The notes below the pieces were generated by a model. It was given only the letters and a program-made list of their open reading frames with translations, searched no databases and was not told where the DNA came from. Below, piece by piece: positions 12,000-20,971 of a stretch of DNA of 64,000 bases. The translations under genes and the position numbers were made by a program. The stretch lies in the NCBI GenBank assembly GCA_907165135.1, contig OU015567.1, positions 2,232,001 through 2,296,000 on the forward strand, written 5' to 3'. The stretch comes from Oikopleura dioica (lineage: Eukaryota > Animalia > Chordata). The stretch's first letter is position 1. Every line of letters starts with the position of its first letter.

Positions 12000-12421
12000 T
12001 AGTCCCGTTGGAGAAAAGGTAAATTTGCCGCCATCGACAACCGAAGTTTCGCAACTTGGACGCTGATTGGCCGTCAGCGGAGTCGAGGGGAACCGAATCA
12101 CCAACCGCCACCGCGCCGCCACGACCCACGCGCCGAAAGTCGCGCCCACGCAACCACGCACGCACGCCGGGGAAAACCTAAAATACTGAGAAAAACATAA
12201 TTCTTTCGCCACTTTTCACCAAAAATCGAGAGAAGTTTACGAAGAATCGACCCTTGGACCAGACCTTGAAATTTCGACAATCGCTGGACAGAGAAATCGT
12301 CGGGCGTTTGCGCAAAAGGCACCTCAGCTCATCATATTGCGACTTTTAGTCGCAGTATTTTCTGAGGGCCTGAAAGGTAATCCAAGGCCCATAAACCCTT
12401 ACTGCCGATATATTTCGAGCT

Positions 12422-15400
12422 ATGGCGGCGAACAAATCACTGCTAGAAACCGTCACCGAAATAAGAAGCATAAACGATCGAGTAAACTACCTCGAAGAAC
12501 AAGTGCGAAATGACGAATCACTAAAGCCAAGCCTAGAGCCCTTGATCACAGAAAGCAGAGTAAAATTAGAACAGCTCAGTACAACGCTTCTTACCTGCGA
12601 GCTCGATCAAGGAAAAGACTCTACGAATGCGACAATGAGAGAAGAAGCATGGGTGGCCACTACCTGGTCTCGTCACGTCCAAGACTTGCCGAAGCTGGAC
12701 GCCGCATGCAACACATCTTTCAACACCTTCTTGGGCAGAGCCGACATTTATCACCGCGCCTACGTCCGCGACAGACCTTCACGTGAACAGCCTTTCATCG
12801 CAGCAGTGTACAGCCACTTCGACTTGAACATCGAACGCTCACTTGGAACCGAATTTCTGAATTGTCAAGACTGGAAATCGGCCAAGGCGCTGCTAGAGAA
12901 ATCATTCGCCGCGAAGAGTCACTACTTACTGAAGCTAAGCGAAGTTTTCGACGTCGAATACGACCATTCGAAGCCGTTTGCACACTACACCGCCAACGTC
13001 TTGCAAAAGATGAACGAGGCGAAGCAAGCGACTTTGAACTCTTACCGACAAGAGAAGTCAGCCGACGCCGGGGTCGATGAAATATTTGACATATTCTCGA
13101 CGATGATGCTGTACTTGAATCTTAGGAAAGAAGAACCAGACGTTTTCAACGCAATCCTTCCAAGCCTATCAAAAGTTTACGATATCAACGAACTCTGCCG
13201 TCTCGCCCAATCCACAAGACAGAATCGAGTTGACAGCGCGACCGTCTCCCAGCACTTCAACAGAAATAAGAACAAAAAGAAGAAGAATGCTAAGCGCGCC
13301 AGCAACGATTCTAAGGATGGGAAAGACGATAAACAACCAGAATCCAAGAAGATAAATACGACTAAGAACGTTGAAGATTTCCAACCATTCGACGTTCACT
13401 TTTACACAGTGAAGAAGAAGCGACCAGGAAAGGCTTATTTCGCTTCGGCTACCATCATTACGGGCTCTAAAAGTTTTGACGTATCGATGGAAGTCGACAG
13501 CGGAGCCGAGTCCTCCTGTCTGTCCGCTGCTTACGTTCCCGACGAATTTCTCCAGATGCTGAAGCCCTGTCCCTTCAAGGTCACCGGTTTCAGCCCAAAT
13601 ATTCCCGCCGAGCAGCCGATGGGTATCCTTCCCTGCCGCTTATCATTCAATGGTGGCCCTGCATTCTCCCTGAATCTCACCATTATGCCAGGCAGTAAAT
13701 ACCCAAGTCTACTGGGCCGCGATATACTAGAGAATGCGATGACGGACAGCTTCACAGTCGACAATAAGAATCGTACTCTCTCATTTTGCTACAACGAAGC
13801 CTTCACACAAACTGAGACTCAAGTGGTGAAGCTGGACGGAGTGAAGCGGACCAAAATCAAGAAATACTTGACTACTAGATCAGCGGTCAAGGATAGCGAT
13901 CGATCCCGCACTCAACCGCCACCAAAAGTCCCAAAGCTGGACGCACCTAACAAGAACGCAGCCAGGTGCCCCATTCAGCTAGCGAAGCAAAAACTCGGAA
14001 TTACCCTACCAGCAAACGCCGACCCGGGGCAAAAGAAGGTGGTCGCCGAGCTGTGTTTGGAATTCGACGACAGATTCGGCTGCGACGGTCAAAAAATGGG
14101 TGAATTCCCGTTCGAGATCGAAATCCCGACTGATGGTACGAGTCGAAACATCAGTCAACACCCGATTCCGCAAGCTTTTCATGGTCAGGTCAGCGATCAC
14201 ATCTCCGAACTGCTCGAAACGAAAATAATAGAAGAGATCAAAGACCAGAAAGGGTTTAACAGCCCGGTATTGCCTATTCCTAAGAAATCTGGGGAAATGC
14301 GCTTCTGCATCAACTACAAAAACAGCCTGAACAAATGCCTCTCCGACAAATCCGACCCTTACCATCTCCCAAGCATGGAGGATACGATTGCGAACATTGG
14401 ACCGGGCAATAAGTTTTTCGCCACAGTTGATCTACGAAGTGGATATTGGCAGTGCCCTGTAAAGAAAAGCGACAGGTACAAGACTTCCTTCCAGTGGGGT
14501 GGGAAATCTTACGCCTTCTGCAGACTACCATTCGGTTATCGATGCTCGGGGAATATATTCTCGCGCGTCGTAAACACAATTCTCGACTCAAGCCCCACCA
14601 GGAAAAAGATGCTTTCTTATATCGATGACATAGTGTGTTTTGGGAAGACTTTCAGCTGCTATTACAACACTCTCCGAAACCTATTCATCGCGCTCCGCAA
14701 GTTTAACGCTAAACTCAAGGGCGAAAAGTGCTCTTTCCTACAATCCGAAGCTCACTTTTTGGGCCGAATCATCAACGAAGATGGAATCAAACCGGACCCT
14801 GCGCAAGTCTCCGCTCTTCGTCAGATGAAACCCCCACGCTCCCAAAAGGAGTTAGCTTCATTAATCGGGTCATTGAATTGGATCCGAGGTTTTCTAGAAA
14901 CGAAAATGGGCGAAGCTATTTCATCCGGTTGCTTCTCGAGCAGAATGAAGCCCATAAACGATGTTCGAAATTCGGCGAACGAAACAAATTGTTTCAAGTG
15001 GACCAAAGAAGCGGATTTGGCGCTCAAGGAAATTCAACGACGACTCTCCGAGACTCCAGTCATAAGTTTTCCTAACTTTGACGAGTCTTTTCATCTCTAC
15101 ACAGACGCGAGCCTGTACGCAGCGGGTGGCGTCCTGCTACAAGAGTATGGCGGGAGAGTGCACCTAGTAAGCGCGATTTCCCACACCTTCAACAAAGCTG
15201 AAAGAAAATGGAACACTTCAGAAAAGGAAATGTTTAGCATTGTCTGGTGCTGCGAGCGACTGGAAAAGCTCCTGAAAGGTAGATTCTTTCAGATTCACAC
15301 AGACCACAGATCTTTGATCTTCCTACACAAAAAGAAGTTCAAGAATTCTAAAATAAGCCGATGGCAAAGCCGATTGGAAGAATTCGATTTTCACATTGTC

Positions 15401-17575
15401 TACATCAAGGGATCAGAAAATCAATTCGCCGATTTTATGAGCCGCAGACCTGGCGAGGACGACAAATCACTTGGATACGACTCTGAGTTTCCCGTTGGTC
15501 GCGAGTACGAAATCGACAAGAATTCACCAGTACGTGTCTTCGTCCCTTTCTGGAACGAAAATCAGTTTCCGGAGAAAATCACTTTATCAGAGGTGAAGAT
15601 ACATAAGGTAAACGTCAAGGCTATCGCGGCGCCAATGGAGATTCCGTTGGTGTCAGCGAATTATAATAACATTCTGGACTATCAAAGGGAGGACTCTGCT
15701 CTGAGTGCAATCATCACTTTTCTGGAATCTGGTAAGGAGCCACTGGACATAAAATCGCTGGTGAAGGACTCCGACCACCGACAATCGTCTCTACTCAAGA
15801 TGGAAAAAGCTCTGTTCCTGGATAACACTACCGGGTGCTTGATGTGTCAATTCAAATCTGGCGCGCGGGCGGTGGTACCGGAAGCGGTAAAAAGTCACTT
15901 TCTCTTTCTAGCTCACGACTTGTCCGGTCATCTGGGCGAGCCGCGGACTTTAGAGCGATTAGAGGACGTTTGGTGGCCTTCATTTCAAGACGATGTTTCT
16001 AACTACGTCCACAGCTGCGTCCCTTGCCTACGCAGAAAAGGATCTGCTGGAACTCGTACCAAACCGCCACTTGGAACCCTTCGTCGTGGAAAAACAGCTG
16101 GCGAATCGATTCAGATCGATTTCGCTTGTATGCCTCCCGCTGGCGGATTCAAGTATTATTTGGTGGTGGCGGACACTTTCTCTCGCTACACTTGGTGCAT
16201 TCCGACGCGGTCCGACACTGCTATCTGCGCTGCAAAAGCGCTCATCTACAAGGTCTTCCTTCCCATGGATTTCTTGCCGAAACATCTACACAGTGACAGA
16301 GGTACCCACTTCTGCGCAAGCGTGATTGACGAAATGTGTAAGCTTAACCAGATAAAACATACAATAAGTACCGCATTTCACCCTCAATCAAACGCTTTCG
16401 CAGAAAGAGCGAATCGGACTATCAAAAACAGTCTATTCTGCATGGTCAACTCATCTTCCGGTCGAAAAACTTGGGCCGACTGCGTTCCCCACGTGATGCG
16501 CGCGCTCAATAGTGTGAAAAACAAAAGCACGAAAATTTCACCGCGAGAAGTTTGGTTTGGCCGAAAAAGTACTTTCACCCACTCTACTGGCGCAGAAATG
16601 ACAGCGGAAACACCTCAGGTGTTTGGTCTCAATGTGGGAGCTTTAGCGAAATCGGCGGAAGCCATTGTGAAAACTGCGATGGAAGCTGCTGACCGAGCCA
16701 TGGAGCACAGGCTGAAAAACGAGCCTAAGCCGAGACCAATCCCCGCTGGCGCTGTCGTGTACATTAAGCGAGAAAACCTGACCGACGCTAAAAGCAAGAA
16801 GGAACGCTGGGTAGGTCCCCTGAAAGCCGTTTCGAGCAACGACTGGGTCGTCATGGTCGAAGATAAAAAAGGACAACGTGATTTCATCCATCGAGAACAC
16901 GTGGTTCACGCCGCAGAACGAAATCACGACTTACGCTGGATTGATTACTACGAGGCCGAGTACGTATTCCCACATTTAACCGAAATCGTTAAGTCGAAAG
17001 TCCCACAAAAATCGCCTGTTCCTACTTCCAAACCGATGGAAAAGTCCGGGTCGAAGTCGCATGGGGGGAGGAAATCTTCTCAGGTCGCGTCGACTCCGAT
17101 GGTTGCTATGGAAAAACCGCCAAGATCATCTCTATCACCTATTTTGGAAAGTAGACGCCGATTGGACATGGAAAATCTGGGAGATACAACCGCTACATCT
17201 ATTTTGGACTCGTCGGTAGCTCCAGCCGAGCCGTCAGATCGCTGGTACTCTGGTGGTACTCTTTATGAAACTGCCGAGGACATGTCAGCTGATGCTACAG
17301 TGATTTCGGAGGTTGCTGCGCCCGACAATAGCCATATGTCAGTCGATAAACATAATTCAACAGTAGTTGAGGGCTCAGCAACTGAAAACAGCAAGAAAAG
17401 AACCCGTCCAAAGTCTTCACCAGATCGTCAATACTCAGCCGGCGCCGATCCGAATGCGACTTTAACCGAAGTTGGAGCAGCTCATCTCCCGAAACATACA
17501 AAACGAGCACACCGTGAAACGAGGCCCGTCGAACCTCTAAACATCGGCACAAACTCGGGTCAGTCATACGACTAA
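12422..17575 (+). CDS. Gag-Pol polyprotein, 1717 aa (gag, aspartic protease, RT, RNase H, integrase)
   Basis: VDSGAESS (PR), YIDDIV (RT), YTDAS...EKE...HTDH...ADFMSR (RNase H), HDLSGH...CVPC (HHCC), IDF...HSDRG...AERANRTIK (DDE), GAVVYIK...WVGPL (GPY/F-like). The order PR-RT-RH-IN is Ty3/gypsy. Confidence 0.97.
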   Translation: MAANKSLLETVTEIRSINDRVNYLEEQVRNDESLKPSLEPLITESRVKLEQLSTTLLTCELDQGKDSTNATMREEAWVATTWSRHVQDLPKLDAACNTSFNTFLGRADIYHRAYVRDRPSREQPFIAAVYSHFDLNIERSLGTEFLNCQDWKSAKALLEKSFAAKSHYLLKLSEVFDVEYDHSKPFAHYTANVLQKMNEAKQATLNSYRQEKSADAGVDEIFDIFSTMMLYLNLRKEEPDVFNAILPSLSKVYDINELCRLAQSTRQNRVDSATVSQHFNRNKNKKKKNAKRASNDSKDGKDDKQPESKKINTTKNVEDFQPFDVHFYTVKKKRPGKAYFASATIITGSKSFDVSMEVDSGAESSCLSAAYVPDEFLQMLKPCPFKVTGFSPNIPAEQPMGILPCRLSFNGGPAFSLNLTIMPGSKYPSLLGRDILENAMTDSFTVDNKNRTLSFCYNEAFTQTETQVVKLDGVKRTKIKKYLTTRSAVKDSDRSRTQPPPKVPKLDAPNKNAARCPIQLAKQKLGITLPANADPGQKKVVAELCLEFDDRFGCDGQKMGEFPFEIEIPTDGTSRNISQHPIPQAFHGQVSDHISELLETKIIEEIKDQKGFNSPVLPIPKKSGEMRFCINYKNSLNKCLSDKSDPYHLPSMEDTIANIGPGNKFFATVDLRSGYWQCPVKKSDRYKTSFQWGGKSYAFCRLPFGYRCSGNIFSRVVNTILDSSPTRKKMLSYIDDIVCFGKTFSCYYNTLRNLFIALRKFNAKLKGEKCSFLQSEAHFLGRIINEDGIKPDPAQVSALRQMKPPRSQKELASLIGSLNWIRGFLETKMGEAISSGCFSSRMKPINDVRNSANETNCFKWTKEADLALKEIQRRLSETPVISFPNFDESFHLYTDASLYAAGGVLLQEYGGRVHLVSAISHTFNKAERKWNTSEKEMFSIVWCCERLEKLLKGRFFQIHTDHRSLIFLHKKKFKNSKISRWQSRLEEFDFHIVYIKGSENQFADFMSRRPGEDDKSLGYDSEFPVGREYEIDKNSPVRVFVPFWNENQFPEKITLSEVKIHKVNVKAIAAPMEIPLVSANYNNILDYQREDSALSAIITFLESGKEPLDIKSLVKDSDHRQSSLLKMEKALFLDNTTGCLMCQFKSGARAVVPEAVKSHFLFLAHDLSGHLGEPRTLERLEDVWWPSFQDDVSNYVHSCVPCLRRKGSAGTRTKPPLGTLRRGKTAGESIQIDFACMPPAGGFKYYLVVADTFSRYTWCIPTRSDTAICAAKALIYKVFLPMDFLPKHLHSDRGTHFCASVIDEMCKLNQIKHTISTAFHPQSNAFAERANRTIKNSLFCMVNSSSGRKTWADCVPHVMRALNSVKNKSTKISPREVWFGRKSTFTHSTGAEMTAETPQVFGLNVGALAKSAEAIVKTAMEAADRAMEHRLKNEPKPRPIPAGAVVYIKRENLTDAKSKKERWVGPLKAVSSNDWVVMVEDKKGQRDFIHREHVVHAAERNHDLRWIDYYEAEYVFPHLTEIVKSKVPQKSPVPTSKPMEKSGSKSHGGRKSSQVASTPMVAMEKPPRSSLSPILESRRRLDMENLGDTTATSILDSSVAPAEPSDRWYSGGTLYETAEDMSADATVISEVAAPDNSHMSVDKHNSTVVEGSATENSKKRTRPKSSPDRQYSAGADPNATLTEVGAAHLPKHTKRAHRETRPVEPLNIGTNSGQSYD

Positions 17576-17878
17576 GCGCAAGTACTGCCCCACTCAGGTC
17601 CCCTATTCATCGACCGGGGCCTGAAAAGGTACGGAAATTATCACAGTTTACCGTCGCCGACGTATTTTGAGTTCTTCTACATGTGCAGCTACTCCTTCAT
17701 GTCATCACCGCTCGGACATCACGAAAACTTCGCATCTGATTCAAGCTTTTTCCCAAAAAAGGGTTTTTTAACGCGAATCAGACTGCCTCGACGTTTCGAA
17801 CCTGCCATGTTACTCATCTTACGCTTATACTCCTGCAAAAATCACACACTTTGGCCTTAGAGGACGTTTCAGTCTCAT

Positions 17879-17884
17879 GGGGGG
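17879..17884 (+). promoter_or_regulatory. Short polypurine tract (G6) abutting the 3' LTR
   Basis: ...CTCAT-GGGGGG-TATTGGGATC. Confidence 0.6.
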
Positions 17885-18140
17885 TATTGGGATCTTAGAT
17901 TCGTTAGACTCCCTCGTCCCCTAAGGTCACTTGCTTATCTAGATCGAGCTTTGCTCGGTCGCCGCCGTGTATTTCTCTCCATTCGGTAATTCACGCAGTT
18001 CGTGAATTAACCTCTATTTTACTCCAGCTCGAAATACAGACGTCAAAGATACTTTACTCGTTTTCTTCACTCGTCCAGATATAGAGAGCAGGCAAACTAC
18101 GCTAGAAGTGGGAGATTCAGCAGAAGCTAGGATCCCTTCA
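17885..18140 (+). repeat. 3' LTR of copy B
   Basis: Direct repeat of 11732-11987. Confidence 0.97.
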
Positions 18141-18634
18141 CATGCTTCAGATCCATTTCTAGCGATTAAATTATCACTTCCCATCACGCGAAATTTCGTT
18201 ACTCCACGAAGCGTGACAATGTCTACCCCAGCGCACTCCTCTCCCATCATTTTGCATCTCGCCTTGGCTTTGTCCAAGCTCGTGAAAGTTTTCAACGGCG
18301 AACCCTGAAGTATTTGACCATCGTGCTTTTCCCAAGTGCATGAAGTTTTCTCTCTATCTGCGAAACTCAAAGTAAAGAGACCCAAAATTAAACGAATCAT
18401 TTTTCAGAAACGAAAGAGGGATCCGATAGAAATGAAAGAAAAGGGCTTGCTCCTGACCGATTTTTATCGATCTCAAAACAAGCAGCTGGCGGTGGAGCCC
18501 TGCGATAACCGGTTAAATAAGCACTTTCTAGGAAGTTTTTTGCCGATTGATTTGGCAGAGAGACCATGTTTTTCGCCCTCTGTGAAAGTCTTTGAGTAGT
18601 CATCAAGATATTTTATTGATACAGTAGTCGTTAC

Positions 18635-20544
18635 TCAGTAAGTTTCAAGTCTAATTGTTCCTTCAGTATTTTCTCCAATAGAGTAACCCTTATCGAAATA
18701 TCCGAGAAATTGGTATTTTATCCTGACGACAGCGTCTGATCCAAGTTTAAAGTCGATTTTTGGCTCGACCTAGAGATAAAATTAAGAATAGCAAGCTCTT
18801 GATTTCGAAGAAAGAGGAAGTTAAGAAATACCTGAACAGACCAGGTATGCATGACTTTTGAAAAAGCATAAGTCACCCACGTGTTCGTTGTTTTTGGCGC
18901 TTTGAAAGTCGCCAAGTGTTTTGATTTGTTTTCCTTGTCATTCGCGAAGAATGAGAATTGTCGGACTTTGCATGTTTCGTCCGTTAGAAAGGAGATTCTG
19001 ATCCTCACTCCGGTCAGAAAGGACGGCTGAATCATGTGACTTGTTCGGTGATTGTCTACCGTTCTTCTTTTGTAGATTCCTGTGTCGAGGTCGAGATCTT
19101 CGCCGAGGTTGACTTGATCGCCGAGGATTTCTAGCGAGCACTTCATGAATAAGCTGCCTTTCAGAAAGATCCGTATTCCCATTCCCTTGAAGAAGGATGG
19201 GCAAATTCTTTTTCAAAATTTCTTAGCCAATCAGGCCCTAGTTTTTGTCGTCTAAGCCAATCAAAAGACAGTTTTCCTTTGATTGGATAATCAAGAAAAT
19301 AGTGCCTTCTGATTGGTCAAAGAACCAATTTTCCCAACCCGTCCCTTGATCGGATAAGGCAGAGCCACGAGTTGCGTTGTCGCAACTCTAGAATTTCCAA
19401 CCAGCCATCTTCCGTCATAATAATTCTTTCTCGCGCAAGAAAGATCGTAGAACTCAATTTTTACATCTTTTATCAGGCATAGTTTTTCGTAGTGCTCTCC
19501 TTTCTCAGAGCTAAAGAAATGCAGAAGCGCTCTAGAAACGATGTTTTACCGTAACAGCAAGCCGCGGACGACAAAGGGCTTTTGAAAATCGACTTCTACA
19601 AAGGGCTCCGGGTCATCAACAAGCTCGGGTTGCCACGTTGAATAATCCAGCCTCGGTAGATCTCCGCCTCTGCCGCTAGAAAGCCCGAACTGCCGGTCTT
19701 TCACCACTGCCGGATCGGACAAACCTAGTGGTTCGCCAAACATAGTCGCCATCAATCTCAATTGCTGTCTTTTCTGCCTCTCTCGAAGTCGGCTTTCATT
19801 CAAACTCGTTTCCATTTTCGCCAGAAATTCGGAGAAACTCGCGATTCTATTTGAAAGATCAGCGGTTTGGGAAGCGATTTTGTCGAAATTTTCTTTCTGA
19901 ATCTTCTCAAATCGGCGAGTTTGGCTTTCAAAAATGTCAACGAAGCGTTTTTCTATCTCCAAACTTCACCAGAATAAAAATTTTCAACCGAGAAAAAAAT
20001 CCTATTCTGAAACTTTTTTGAAAGCAGCTGCGCGCGTTTCCGCCTGAGACTGGACCTCGAAAATGACTTGTTTGATATCTTTGAATTTTTCTGCAGTTTT
20101 CGCCGCTTGAATTTCGATTTCTTCTGATCCCGGGATTTCTGTGAGCTCTTCTGGAGCGACCAAGCTTTCTTTTAGATTGTTTTTCATGTGCTCTAGTTTT
20201 GCGCTCTTTTTACTGAGTTCGAGAATTTCCAATCGTCAAAAGAGGTTATCACAACTCGATTCCTGAACTTCGATTTGATTCAGTACGCCCTCGATAATAT
20301 TGGTAAACGGCTCCTTTTCATGAGCATACGCTGTTTTGAGGGTCGTCCCTGATGAAAACTCGGAATCTTCCGATTTTGTTTCGATTGTTTCATTATTATC
20401 GCTTTCTTCAGGACTATCTGGATCTCTCAGAACTGACAAATTTAGCTTCGTGTCGATTTCAAAATTATCACTATTCATTTTATTTGAGCTAATTCTTCCG
20501 AAACAAATTTTTCTGATAATGTTTTTTATTCGTCTTGACTTCAA
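18635..20544 (-). CDS. Protein with acidic N-terminus, coiled coil and F5/8 type C (discoidin)-like domain(s), multi-exon
   Basis: PLGLSDPAVVKDRQFGLSS...WQPE...PFVEVDFQKPFVVRGLL and later QGNGNTDLSERQLIHEVLAR match the F5/8C pattern. Heptad-rich exons at 19750-20232. No signal peptide seen. Confidence 0.65.
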
Positions 20545-20971
20545 GGGTGCTTGAATCTTTTGAGCTCTTTCACGAAGAATTATTTCAATTGTTTTTTATT
20601 CCAAATGCGCATTTCTCATTATTGAGAAATTCCAGCGATTGAACTGAGTGACCATGGAAGGTCAAGAATACTGCCATGTTCAATTTTGTTTCAGTCTCGA
20701 AATTTTTATTTTTCATTTGAAATATTTCAAAGAATAAGCTCTCGGCAAAGGCTTTGGAGATTTTGACTACAAGGATGGCAATTTTCAAAAACAGGTTAAA
20801 TTTTGCTCGTCGATGTTGGGTTAAGCGAGGGCCATGTGTATGTTCTGGAAGAGTACCTCCCATAGGTTCACCCAAAAAAATATCGGCGCCTACCGTGATC
20901 ATGGCCCTGAAATTTCCGACCCTTGTTTAACAAAAGAATTTTATTTGCATCGAAATGTACAGAACAATGAA

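Larger units (their letters stand above)
11732..18140 (+). mobile_element. Complete Ty3/gypsy LTR retrotransposon, copy B (6409 bp), 4-bp TSD CATG
   Basis: LTRs at 11732-11987 and 17885-18140 differ at one base (A11899/C18052). CATG at 11728-11731 and 18141-18144. PBS at 11989, G-run PPT at 17879-17884, single intact gag-pol ORF. Confidence 0.97.
10319..18400 (-). pseudogene. Type I membrane protein gene (signal peptide, PAN/apple-like Cys module, LamG/pentraxin-like domain, Thr-rich stalk, TM, short tail) interrupted by the LTR element
   Basis: MIRLILGLFTLSFA signal at 18400. Removing 11732-18140 and one CATG joins ...NGSEA-W-IKRCFSCQSLHLRFRPENG in frame. FTGDIYDINIFD is LamG-like. TM IVISTLAVLLILIVIL-IVLWMVV then KKMKLRR. 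Stop at 10319-10321. Confidence 0.8.

Noticed and set aside
17576-17884. env-like third ORF, as in some tunicate gypsy elements
   Set aside because: Only about 310 bp between the pol stop and the 3' LTR, with no substantial ORF or TM segment. The pol C-terminal tail is low-complexity, with no chromodomain recognised.
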